Source of the DNA: a virus
Taxonomy: Duplodnaviria; Caudoviricetes
DNA length: 64,000 nucleotides
Reading direction: 5' to 3' (one strand)
IMG/VR virus record: IMGVR_UViG_3300031414_000007
Location: 64,001 to 128,000 of that record
Position 1 is the stretch's first letter. Every line of letters starts with the position of its first letter. The position numbers and the translations under genes were made by a program. The notes under the pieces are model-generated. The model saw nothing but the letters and a program-made list of their open reading frames with translations, had not been told where the DNA came from and did no database searches. Shown here piece by piece: positions 1 through 8,590 of the stretch.

Positions 1-716
1 AGTCTCGGGAAGATCGTATCAGGGAAGGTACTCTGATTGTACGGAGAACCCGCATACAACGAACTCAGAGTCTGCACGTTAATCGTTACGGTGGCTATAT
101 CGGCAGTTACATTCAACGCAGTGATTCCCACGTTTTGCAGATAAGAAGATCCTGTCCGTGTCCATCGCCCTATGCCACTACCCCCGCCTCCAGTGATAGT
201 ACCTCCATCACTTGAAGTCACACTGGCAGATGTTTTAGGGACAGAGTAAAGAGACTTCGTAAACGCTGAGCCGTCGAATGCAGGCAGAACCATATCAGAA
301 TAAGCGGGTACGCTAGGACTTCCGTTACCGTACGAATCCAGCAGACTGCCTGTACCTTCCTGAGCTGTACCGATGCCAGAGTCTAACGTACCTATAGCAT
401 AGTAACGACGGAACATGTCAATAGCGCTGACAACGCGATTACCACCAGTCTGAGAAAACCCAGACTTACGGACAGAAGGCACGTAGTTATAGAATAGGCG
501 ATTACCTTTCCAGCCAGCACCACGAACGCATTGCATTTCATTCTGAGCATTAACAAGAGCGCAGAAGGAGCGAGACTTATTGATCTTGTCAATCATCTCA
601 GGATAAGACGACTTACTCGTTGGAGGCTCAACATCATCAGAGAAAAGGAACATGCGACGACGAGCCGTCTCAATCTTCTTCTCTAAGATTTGCGCTCCGT
701 TTGAAATGAAAAGCAT
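1..716 (-). CDS. Hypothetical virion/fibre-associated protein, partial (runs off window start)
   Basis: ATG at 716 with AAGGAG upstream. Frame is open to the window edge (MLFISNGAQILEKKIETARRRMFLFSDD...). Not in the ORF track because it has no stop. Confidence 0.75.
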   Translation of the reverse strand, partial: MLFISNGAQILEKKIETARRRMFLFSDDVEPPTSKSSYPEMIDKINKSRSFCALVNAQNEMQCVRGAGWKGNRLFYNYVPSVRKSGFSQTGGNRVVSAIDMFRRYYAIGTLDSGIGTAQEGTGSLLDSYGNGSPSVPAYSDMVLPAFDGSAFTKSLYSVPKTSASVTSSDGGTITGGGGSGIGRWTRTGSSYLQNVGITALNVTADIATVTINVQTLSSLYAGSPYNQSTFPDTIFPR

Positions 717-745
717 AACCACTCCTTAGCAAAACTTTATTCGGT

Positions 746-1786
746 TCACATAAGATAAAGTGTCTTGGAACCGAAAGGGTTTTCAGCTTCGATGCTCAAT
801 ACTGCAACATCACCAGTGTCCGCGGGTGCGGTCTGTATAATGTCTTGGCCAACCTTGGCACGAAGCATATACCCTTGACCATTGCACTTGAACATCATCA
901 TGCAAGAAGTCAGAGTTACGGCAGGCGTGTTTGTCTTGCCAGTAACCGCAGTGCGCATAGAAAATGCGTCTGCACCACGAGTGTAACCACTAACACCATT
1001 TGAGGTGGTCGGGGCTTCCCACGCAGTGAACTGATTTAGCCCACTGTAGCTGTAGCGTTTGCCTACAGGTCGAATGAACGTAATGTGAGGAGCATTCGCA
1101 TCTCGATAGATAGAAGGAATGATCTGCACAGGAGAGGAGGTAGTTTGGATGTATGAGTAAGATTGAGCGCCGGTCTCTGCTCTTGTTGAGAGGTCAAGAG
1201 AAGCATTCATAAACCCAGCATCATAACCACTGTACGTTCCCCAAAAGCTGTCAACATTTCGAGCGTACTGATTGCCTGCCTTAGAACTGTATGATTCAAT
1301 CTGAGCGGACTGTCTCATATTCTCAGGAAAGACAAGCATACACGAAGATGGCCAATAGTACCCTGTCTCACATGTGTCTCGACTCACACCGTTCCAGCCG
1401 TTAAACACGGGGTTGCCGTTAGACCACTGCTGGCCATTGCCCTCCGCCGTGTCGTATACACATAAGTAACGCTCGGCAACAGCTTTATACGTCTGCACTG
1501 CCGTATAGCTATTGTGAGGCGCAGCGTTGCCTGAGATAAGATTGGCGCTACGTGCTGGGTAGAAGTAGTTGTCCTTAACACCACTCATAGGACTCAAGGT
1601 AATCTGGTCGCCCCGTGTGTCTGAGCTATTACCCCAAGCACGAACAGACTGCACCTTTGAGATGTAGTGTTCTTCGTCCAAATGAGCGTCAGATATATCC
1701 GTCTGATCGTCAAAGTAAAGCGCACGATGTACTGCCAGCTTGGCTATCGTGTTCGCCTTGTTATTGTGGTACGTTGCGTATAGCAT
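746..1786 (-). CDS. Hypothetical virion-associated protein (346 aa)
   Basis: Long ORF with AAGGA RBS; aromatic, Ser/Thr-rich beta-type composition; lies in the fibre cluster. Confidence 0.7.
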   Translation of the reverse strand: MLYATYHNNKANTIAKLAVHRALYFDDQTDISDAHLDEEHYISKVQSVRAWGNSSDTRGDQITLSPMSGVKDNYFYPARSANLISGNAAPHNSYTAVQTYKAVAERYLCVYDTAEGNGQQWSNGNPVFNGWNGVSRDTCETGYYWPSSCMLVFPENMRQSAQIESYSSKAGNQYARNVDSFWGTYSGYDAGFMNASLDLSTRAETGAQSYSYIQTTSSPVQIIPSIYRDANAPHITFIRPVGKRYSYSGLNQFTAWEAPTTSNGVSGYTRGADAFSMRTAVTGKTNTPAVTLTSCMMMFKCNGQGYMLRAKVGQDIIQTAPADTGDVAVLSIEAENPFGSKTLYLM

Positions 1787-1819
1787 AAACTGTCCTTAAG
1801 CCCTAATGTGTGGCTTGCT

Positions 1820-1840
1820 AAAAACACCGCCTGATGCGGT
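1820..1840 (-). terminator. Probable rho-independent terminator
   Basis: Minus strand ACCGC-ATCAG-GCGGT followed by GTTTTT, just after the stop of the 309-aa gene. Confidence 0.55.
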
Positions 1841-1865
1841 CACGCCCATGAGGATTATTGTTCGC

Positions 1866-2795
1866 TTACACGCTTATCACTTCTTCAAATGGCAACTCTA
1901 TCCGTGACATGCTAATCGTCGGAGTATTCCCAGCCTGCTGCGTCGAAGCCGTGTAATCTTTCGATTGCTCCGGCTTGAACAGCTTAACTTCATTTCCCCA
2001 CAGCATTGGGATAACACAGTACGACAGATCGACACCTGACTCAGGAACACCGATAGCCGCAGTTGGAACCGTCGGCAGTACAGTGCCAGATTTGTAGGGC
2101 AACTGAAATCTACTGTTACCTGAGATAACCACATGTCCACACCATAACAGTAACACCGAGCCAGTATCAGCATTGATGTTGTTGTAGACAGGACGGGTTG
2201 TAGGGCTAGAGTCAGATTCGTGTTGAGATACTGTCGGGCTGACAAACACGTCCGTTGTTGTGCGCAACAGAGCTATACCTTGCGTCATGATTCCGCTGTA
2301 CGAAGTGGACTGCCCTCGTGCAATATCTGAATACATTTGAGGCAGTACCCAGTTAGCGTTAGGTATAGGTGAATTACCAACACGACTAGGAATCAGACTC
2401 GCAATGGTTCCGTTTGTAATCCACGGCTTACCCGCAGTGGACATGGTAAACGGAGTAACACTGTCATTGCCTACAAGCCCTTCGTTCTGACCGTTGCATC
2501 GACCACTAGCATTGAAGCCAGTAGGTATAGGCAACATAGTCTGAGCGAATGCGGCCTCAGATTTGAAGTCAGGGATAGCGCCTAAGTTTGATATGCGTGT
2601 GAGTTTTAATTGACTGCTTGTACCTACCATTACAGGCGTCAGCTTCACCTGATTGTTGTCAACGATGGTCTCCACGTGAGTTCGTGCGTTACGCATATAG
2701 TCCATGATGCCTGCAACAGTCATCGTAGAAAATGGACGCTCGGAAAACATCGCATAGAGTCTAATATCTTTCCTCTTTGGTATGACGAGTTGCAT
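1866..2795 (-). CDS. Hypothetical virion-associated protein (309 aa)
   Basis: Long ORF with AAGGA RBS in the fibre cluster. Confidence 0.7.
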   Translation of the reverse strand: MQLVIPKRKDIRLYAMFSERPFSTMTVAGIMDYMRNARTHVETIVDNNQVKLTPVMVGTSSQLKLTRISNLGAIPDFKSEAAFAQTMLPIPTGFNASGRCNGQNEGLVGNDSVTPFTMSTAGKPWITNGTIASLIPSRVGNSPIPNANWVLPQMYSDIARGQSTSYSGIMTQGIALLRTTTDVFVSPTVSQHESDSSPTTRPVYNNINADTGSVLLLWCGHVVISGNSRFQLPYKSGTVLPTVPTAAIGVPESGVDLSYCVIPMLWGNEVKLFKPEQSKDYTASTQQAGNTPTISMSRIELPFEEVISV

Positions 2796-2836
2796 ACAAT
2801 ATCCTTGATAAAGAACTTGTCTTTGCGGACATATGC

Positions 2837-2896
2837 AAAAACAGAGCGAAAACTCTGATATAAGGTAAAAGGGCCCGTACCATTACGATACAGGCC
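2837..2896 (-). terminator. Two tandem terminator-like hairpins
   Basis: Minus strand GGCCTGTATC-GTAAT-GGTACGGGCC then CTTTT (2867-2896), followed by CAGAGT-TTTC-GCTCTG then TTTTT (2837-2857). Confidence 0.65.
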
Positions 2897-2903
2897 ATTT
2901 CAG

Positions 2904-3485
2904 TTACACCAGCAGACGACCTGCGATAGTGATTGCTACACCATTGAGAGTGGTGTCAGCAGTGTCCGGTGCAACAACACGAAGCTGATCTCCAGCAACC
3001 AGAATGATCTCTTGGTCCAGATAGGCAGCAAGAGGAGCAAACACACCAGTCTTAGAGCCAGCGCCAAACGTAACAGTACCGAGCTGAATAACAGCTTGGG
3101 TGGCACTGTCATAAGCACTTACTTTGAATACAGCCTGAGCCGTAGCAGCAACATCAGCAACAGCCATAGAGCCGACAAAGTTTTTGATGATTGCAGTAGT
3201 ACGCACAGATAGGTAACGAGCGATCTCTTGTCCACCAGCGTAGCGCTTGAGAACACTCATACCCACGTCATATGGATTTACAGACTGTAACTGGTTAACC
3301 CACTTGGTGCGCACGGCAGAATATACATACAGACCTGGCTGATTAGAGCCAGATACAGCAGTCAAGTTCCATACACGACCGTTAGTTGGGTTAGCTGGAA
3401 AGGTTGGGCCAGATGAATTAGGGTCACCTGGTGCGCGTGTAATCTGAGACTGTGCGCCTGCGAGCTGAATACCAAAAGCGTACAT
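2904..3485 (-). CDS. Fibre-associated structural protein (193 aa)
   Basis: Start moved to ATG 3485 (AAGGAG RBS). Contains the PTFPANPTNGRVW...LYVY linker motif typical of phage fibres, then a C-terminal beta domain. Confidence 0.65.
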   Translation of the reverse strand: MYAFGIQLAGAQSQITRAPGDPNSSGPTFPANPTNGRVWNLTAVSGSNQPGLYVYSAVRTKWVNQLQSVNPYDVGMSVLKRYAGGQEIARYLSVRTTAIIKNFVGSMAVADVAATAQAVFKVSAYDSATQAVIQLGTVTFGAGSKTGVFAPLAAYLDQEIILVAGDQLRVVAPDTADTTLNGVAITIAGRLLV

Positions 3486-3495
3486 ATTTTTCTCC

Positions 3496-3717
3496 TTAGG
3501 CGATTCGCACATGACCCGTAACAGCGTACGGGAATGTTACTTTGACCGTGTTCTTGTCAACAATGATAACGTCGAGCGGCAGCACTTGATGGAGTTTACC
3601 ATCAGGCATGTTCACGCAAGTAGTCACTGCGACTTCACGGCCGAAGTTGTGCGTAATCGCCCATTCAGCGGCAGCCTCTTCCTGTAGGAAGGTGCGCCCC
3701 ATTGAATAGTTGATCAT
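3496..3717 (-). CDS. Small single-module fibre protein (WxIxHN module)
   Basis: Whole protein matches the module repeated in neighbouring genes (EWAITHNFG...DKNTVKVTF); GAGGT RBS. Confidence 0.7.
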   Translation of the reverse strand: MINYSMGRTFLQEEAAAEWAITHNFGREVAVTTCVNMPDGKLHQVLPLDVIIVDKNTVKVTFPYAVTGHVRIA

Positions 3718-3730
3718 AGAGACCTCGTTA

Positions 3731-4663
3731 TTACAGATTATAGAGTGCCGCGGGTCTGCGAACTAGAGAAACGGTGTCTGCGAAACTGCCTTGATAGACA
3801 TTTCCTGGAACCATGTCGCTGGGAACTGTGAAGTCGTTTGCATCCAATAGATACATCAGAAGATCGTTTGTACCTGTAGAGACAACAACAGCAGCCCAAG
3901 ACAGATTCACAGATTCATCGGTTGAAGCAGTGATCGGCAGACTTGCAGTACGTTTGTCCGTAGGTCCACTTGTGACATTCGGGTAGCTTGTCGTTCTAGT
4001 CGCATTGTTAAACGTAATGCCCCGCAGAGTTTTTGTGCTTACTGTAACACCTGCATTTATGCTATAGTATTGATACCTACCGCTAAAGTTTTCGTAGGTT
4101 TGCCCAAAAGCAGCAGGCTGTGCGTTTGATGCGTCAAAGTGGCTGACTGCATTCATGGCCATAGTGGTGTATGTAGGATAAGAGCTTGCATAGAAGAAGG
4201 ATGTTACTCCCACTGTGGGTATCGAGACACGAACACTTATATCCAAAGCGCGAACGGCATCAGGAACTAGATAGATCGCGCTTGGTGTATTAGCACCGAA
4301 AGTAACTCCATAACCACCAGCCCAAGAGGGTCCAATGTCAGTCAAGAATGCACTGGACCCTCTGCGCGTGGACTCCTTCTTACCGCCCTCCATTGGAATA
4401 GCGGTTAGAGAGAACAGATCGTTTGAACTGAAATCCACATCACCTGACATGTATGACATTTTAGTTAGGTAGTACGTGCTACCCAATCGACCTCTGATTG
4501 GGTTAAGCCGAAATGTTCTCCCTGACATATCGTACACTGTAGTGCGGGCCTCTCCTTGCTTCGCTCTCCAGTCAGCAAGAGACCTAATGTCCTTTGTCGT
4601 TGTTTCATCGAAAAACGATGCGTATCGCAGAACATTATCAGTAGACAGGAGTGCCATCTGCAT
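3731..4663 (-). CDS. Hypothetical virion-associated protein (310 aa)
   Basis: Long ORF with AGGTG RBS; Ser/Thr-rich. Confidence 0.7.
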   Translation of the reverse strand: MQMALLSTDNVLRYASFFDETTTKDIRSLADWRAKQGEARTTVYDMSGRTFRLNPIRGRLGSTYYLTKMSYMSGDVDFSSNDLFSLTAIPMEGGKKESTRRGSSAFLTDIGPSWAGGYGVTFGANTPSAIYLVPDAVRALDISVRVSIPTVGVTSFFYASSYPTYTTMAMNAVSHFDASNAQPAAFGQTYENFSGRYQYYSINAGVTVSTKTLRGITFNNATRTTSYPNVTSGPTDKRTASLPITASTDESVNLSWAAVVVSTGTNDLLMYLLDANDFTVPSDMVPGNVYQGSFADTVSLVRRPAALYNL

Positions 4664-4675
4664 ATGCCACCTACC

Positions 4676-5272
4676 TTAGTACAGGATGACCGTACCAGAT
4701 TGCGGCGTATCGAACGTGATAGTGAGCTGGCTGGTGCTGTCGTGTACGATAGACTTCGGCTGTACTTCTTTGCTGCCCTGATAGATACGAACAGCAGGGT
4801 TATAGCCTAGGTTATGTACAACAACCCACTGCGCTTCATCGGTGAAGGTAGCGGTGAATGCGACGGTAGGAGTAGGCAGACCGTTTTCAACACCAGACAG
4901 CAACACGGCAGTACCGGCAACTGGCTCAGGGAACAGAACCACCGTAGTGTTCGCATCCTGAGAGTGAATGGAGGAAGGCTGAACAACGTCACCATTTTCA
5001 TCGTAGCATTGTACGATTGGCGTAGCGGTGTTCATGTTGTGCGTAATCTCCCAGCGAGAAGACGCGGAAGGTTTCGAGTAACGGTACATCGTCATCTGTT
5101 GAGTCAGAGGTACCCAAACAGGCACATCGCCAAGTTCGACGCACAGCATCAAACGCTTATCCATAAGAATGGCCATGCCTGGCTTAGGGTCAGCAGGCCA
5201 GTCGGTAGCAACGTCGAACACGAAGTTCTTAATTGAGCCGAACGTTAAGTCGAGCGTCCCGAGGACTTTCAT
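4676..5272 (-). CDS. Fibre protein with two WxIxHN modules (198 aa)
   Basis: Start moved to ATG 5272 (AGGAG RBS). N-terminus (GSIKNF) resembles that of the 540-aa fibre; two tandem modules follow. Confidence 0.7.
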   Translation of the reverse strand: MKVLGTLDLTFGSIKNFVFDVATDWPADPKPGMAILMDKRLMLCVELGDVPVWVPLTQQMTMYRYSKPSASSRWEITHNMNTATPIVQCYDENGDVVQPSSIHSQDANTTVVLFPEPVAGTAVLLSGVENGLPTPTVAFTATFTDEAQWVVVHNLGYNPAVRIYQGSKEVQPKSIVHDSTSQLTITFDTPQSGTVILY

Positions 5273-5291
5273 AAATCTTCTCCTGAAAGGT

Positions 5292-5319
5292 AAAAAGGGC
5301 AGGCAGATGCCCACCCTTT
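5292..5319 (-). terminator. Rho-independent terminator
   Basis: Minus strand AAAGGGTGGGCA-TC-TGCCTGCCCTTT followed by TT, after the 540-aa gene. Confidence 0.75.
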
Positions 5320-5339
5320 CATTATGCTACTGAATCGAA

Positions 5340-6962
5340 TTACGCTTCTGGTTCAACGTAGGCGTTAGTACCAGTTACGAATGCGATTGCGACTTTCTTC
5401 GCAGTAGTCAGCTCGACGCGCAGGCTGTTTGCGTCAATGAACACGACTTCATCAGGGATGATTTGATAGCCGGTATCATCAACAACGGTAACAGTACCGT
5501 ACTTCACACCAGCGTTGTGCGTGAAGGTGTGCGCAGTTGCAGCAGCGTCGCCGCCAGCAGTTTTATCGTACTGGTACAGTTTAGCAGCAGCGCCGCCAGC
5601 AGAGCTGGAGATAGCATCGTCAACATATTTCTTGTTGACAGCAGACTCGTCGGTCAGCGGGTCGGTGCCAGTGATGGTCAGCGCAGCAACTTCACCACCA
5701 GTAGCGTCGATGAAGCCGCCAGCAGTTTTAACCGCAGCAACGTCAACGATGATTTTGCTGTTGGTAGTGTCCTGTTTCAGGCCGTTACCCAGGGCAGCAG
5801 CAGCGATCTGCTCGTAACCCACACCGCCGTCAGCAACTGCGATACCGTCTACAGTGCGAGACAGAGTAGTGCCATCCAGTTTAACGCGAGTAGAACCAGC
5901 GTTATCTTCCAGACCACCAGCAGCATCCAGCTTCGCAGTAACAGCGTTAGAACTGATCTGAATACCAGCACCAACTTTAACGTTAACGACGTTGCCAGAT
6001 TTTTCCAGACCATCACCAGCGTTGAACTCAGAAGCACCGCCGAAGGTAGTCCACACAGTACCGTCAAAGCGACGATACTCTTTGATCGCTTTAACCCAGG
6101 TCACTGCACCGCCAGCTTCGCTGTCAGTCGGGTCGAATACGATTACGAACTTGGTGCCGTCGTAACGCACGATCATGTTATCAACCAAATCGGTGATAGA
6201 ACCAAAGTTCGGGTTGATCTGGTCAGCAGCCAGAATGATGTACTGCTTGCCAGCTACCAGCTCTGGGTCGAGAGTACCATCTTCCTGAATCGCGTCGGAG
6301 TCGTGCAGCCAGTCGATACCAGCAACGGCGTTGTCAATATCGATCTTACGAGCAGCGTCGTTCGGGTTAGCAGGAGCGGCCAGGTTAGCAACGGTATGAC
6401 CGTTAGCGTCGAGGTCACCAGAGAGCTGGCCGTTAGCTGAGTCCAGCTTGCCTGTCAGACCAGTTTCAACAGTACCGACTTTACCGTCCAGTGCAGTGAT
6501 CTGAGACTGAATGTTAGAAGTCGCGCCAGACACATAGCCCAGCTCGGTAGCAGTTACGTTGCTGGTGGCCAGTTCGTTATCAGCACCAGCGATAACAACA
6601 CCGTTTTCAGTCAGGCCAGTGATTTTGTCTTGCTTGGTAGCAGCAACGGTTTCGACGTGTTTCTTAGAAACAGCAGCGTTGTCGCCAGAAGCAGACTGGT
6701 CAGGACCAGACAGCAGAAGGTCAGCAGTCATCGGCACAGAGCCGTCAGCCAGAACAGCACCTTCTAAGGAGCCGCCACCGCCGCCGAAATCTTTGATTTC
6801 AGTACCGTCGAAGTATTTGTACTTCGCATCAGTGCTGTTATACCAGATACGCGCAGTTTGCGCAGCAACCAGATCGCCTACAGCCGGGTCGGCGGTCAAA
6901 ACTTCTGGACGGAAGTTCTTAATCTGACCGCTAAGCATCAGTTCAATATTACCAGTACGCAT
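5340..6962 (-). CDS. Fibre/whisker protein (540 aa)
   Basis: Three (D/S)AxxKxxVD-type fibre motifs (AVSKKHVE, AARKIDID, AVNKKYVD), AGDGL/GAGI repeats and a C-terminal HN module; strongly biased codons. Confidence 0.75.
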   Translation of the reverse strand: MRTGNIELMLSGQIKNFRPEVLTADPAVGDLVAAQTARIWYNSTDAKYKYFDGTEIKDFGGGGGSLEGAVLADGSVPMTADLLLSGPDQSASGDNAAVSKKHVETVAATKQDKITGLTENGVVIAGADNELATSNVTATELGYVSGATSNIQSQITALDGKVGTVETGLTGKLDSANGQLSGDLDANGHTVANLAAPANPNDAARKIDIDNAVAGIDWLHDSDAIQEDGTLDPELVAGKQYIILAADQINPNFGSITDLVDNMIVRYDGTKFVIVFDPTDSEAGGAVTWVKAIKEYRRFDGTVWTTFGGASEFNAGDGLEKSGNVVNVKVGAGIQISSNAVTAKLDAAGGLEDNAGSTRVKLDGTTLSRTVDGIAVADGGVGYEQIAAAALGNGLKQDTTNSKIIVDVAAVKTAGGFIDATGGEVAALTITGTDPLTDESAVNKKYVDDAISSSAGGAAAKLYQYDKTAGGDAAATAHTFTHNAGVKYGTVTVVDDTGYQIIPDEVVFIDANSLRVELTTAKKVAIAFVTGTNAYVEPEA

Positions 6963-6986
6963 TATCTTTCTCCTGAGTGCGTGGGA

Positions 6987-7730
6987 TTAGAAGAAGTTAC
7001 TCTCGCAGTCATCAAGGCTACAACGCAGCGCTTGGTATGCAGAGATTCTTTCTTCCGTTAAATTGATATATTTATCATCAATATTGTACTTCACTCGAAT
7101 AGGCACATCGTACCCATCAAGCAAGCCGTGACGTTGGTAGACTTCAAGGCGAAGTACGGGTGAGCTGACCTGAGCACGTTCCATAATGTTCAGGTCAATC
7201 TTGTCGGCGTAGATGAACGGGCGTTCTCTCTTACACAAGATGTAATCTATCTCATGCAAATTAAAGAGTGTGAAATTCATATAGCCAATAATAAACTCGG
7301 CAATGAGTTTAAATGACTCGCTCATGTCCGACCGAAACTGTTGTGTGAGAATCTGATCGACGTGTGGCTTGACTGCCGTACGCATCTCATACCAGCTCTC
7401 ACAAAACAGTGCGGGGAAATCCTCAGGGTGGTGGGCCATAAGACCCAACACGTCTTTTTCCGTATCTGCGAAAGAGTTTAAAATGTCAGTGGCATCAATA
7501 TCCGTCTCGACGCCACGGCCAGTTGAAATGAATCGACGCTCAATGTCTCTCAACCAAGACTCTGATGCAGATAGGTATTGAAGCAGTGTTTCTCGTGCGG
7601 CAGCCGTGAACTCATGCCTGTTAGAGTCTAAGACTTCCCCAAGCATAAAGGCTTTCGCTTTGTAGAAATCACTATAGCGTTCGGCAGTGAATCGTCTGAA
7701 CCCTATGTTATTCTTCAAATAGCCCATCAT
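6987..7730 (-). CDS. Hypothetical cytoplasmic protein (247 aa)
   Basis: Long ORF whose start overlaps the upstream stop; helical composition; no recognised motif. Confidence 0.65.
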   Translation of the reverse strand: MMGYLKNNIGFRRFTAERYSDFYKAKAFMLGEVLDSNRHEFTAAARETLLQYLSASESWLRDIERRFISTGRGVETDIDATDILNSFADTEKDVLGLMAHHPEDFPALFCESWYEMRTAVKPHVDQILTQQFRSDMSESFKLIAEFIIGYMNFTLFNLHEIDYILCKRERPFIYADKIDLNIMERAQVSSPVLRLEVYQRHGLLDGYDVPIRVKYNIDDKYINLTEERISAYQALRCSLDDCESNFF

Positions 7731-8245
7731 CGCAATGCCCTCAAATCATTCAACTCCGAGTTGCCTTGAGCATTCGGAGTTGTATAAAGAGAACTGGATA
7801 TGCTCTGCAAACGCAGACCGAGCTTCTCAAGTTCCTGTTGGCTCCCACCTAACTTCTCAAGCACTTCGCGCATAAGCTCGACGGAAACTTGATGGTCCTG
7901 GGATTGTTGAGAGATGATTCGTTCGAAGCGCTGCATAGCACGGAGAACGGAATTCAATCCCTCTTTCATATCCAAATTATCCACTGGCGCAGAGTCAGAG
8001 ATTGATTGAAGCATCCTCATCATCTGCGCCAGGTCAGCTTGCAGTACGTCGCTGTCGGGGTTGACAACGGTGGCAGCCGCTTCCAGTTCTGCGTTCCGCT
8101 CCTTCAATTGTTCCAGTTCTTCAAGCTGGGGCAGTATCTTCCACCAAACATAGGCACCGCCTAGGATTAGTAGAACAACAGAGAAGACAGTCGCATAGTT
8201 GGACGCAAGCAACTTGTATAAAATATCCGCCCACATTATATTCAA
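7727..8245 (-). CDS. Membrane protein with N-terminal TM helix and coiled coil (172 aa)
   Basis: Hydrophobic YATVFSVVLLILGGAYVWW followed by heptad-like helical sequence; ATGA-type coupling to both neighbours. Confidence 0.65.
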   Translation of the reverse strand: MNIMWADILYKLLASNYATVFSVVLLILGGAYVWWKILPQLEELEQLKERNAELEAAATVVNPDSDVLQADLAQMMRMLQSISDSAPVDNLDMKEGLNSVLRAMQRFERIISQQSQDHQVSVELMREVLEKLGGSQQELEKLGLRLQSISSSLYTTPNAQGNSELNDLRALR

Positions 8246-8526
8246 CCCTTACAGGTGTTATCGTTCAGATCAACAATAATCCTCTCGGCACCTGGTTCGT
8301 TTACGTCAGTGGTTTTGTACGTGTGCGCCATCCGAGGCTTGAACTCTAAGCAACTCTGTCCATAACGTCCATCGACAACACAAATGGCAGACAAGCAGCT
8401 CACATCTTCCTTGAGTATCAAGTTTTCAGGAGATTCGTTGGCACTCCTAACAGCAGTGATCACGAAACCAACCACAGCGAGGGAAATGGCAACAGTAATC
8501 GCAATCCTAAGTCGCTTGGCTTGCAT
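8242..8526 (-). CDS. Small membrane-anchored/exported protein with 4 Cys (94 aa)
   Basis: Basic n-region KRLR, hydrophobic IAITVAISLAVVGFVITAV, Cys-containing C-domain; GAGGT RBS. Confidence 0.65.
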   Translation of the reverse strand: MQAKRLRIAITVAISLAVVGFVITAVRSANESPENLILKEDVSCLSAICVVDGRYGQSCLEFKPRMAHTYKTTDVNEPGAERIIVDLNDNTCKG

Positions 8527-8561
8527 TTCGGGTTATACCTCATGATCCTTTTATCTGCTTG

Positions 8562-8570
8562 AAATTAGCG
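8562..8570 (-). promoter_or_regulatory. Candidate late promoter motif CGCTAATTT
   Basis: Intergenic copy of a motif found at six exact intergenic sites; 36 nt upstream of the ATG. Confidence 0.6.
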
Positions 8571-8590
8571 AACCACTCGCATCTAGGAGG

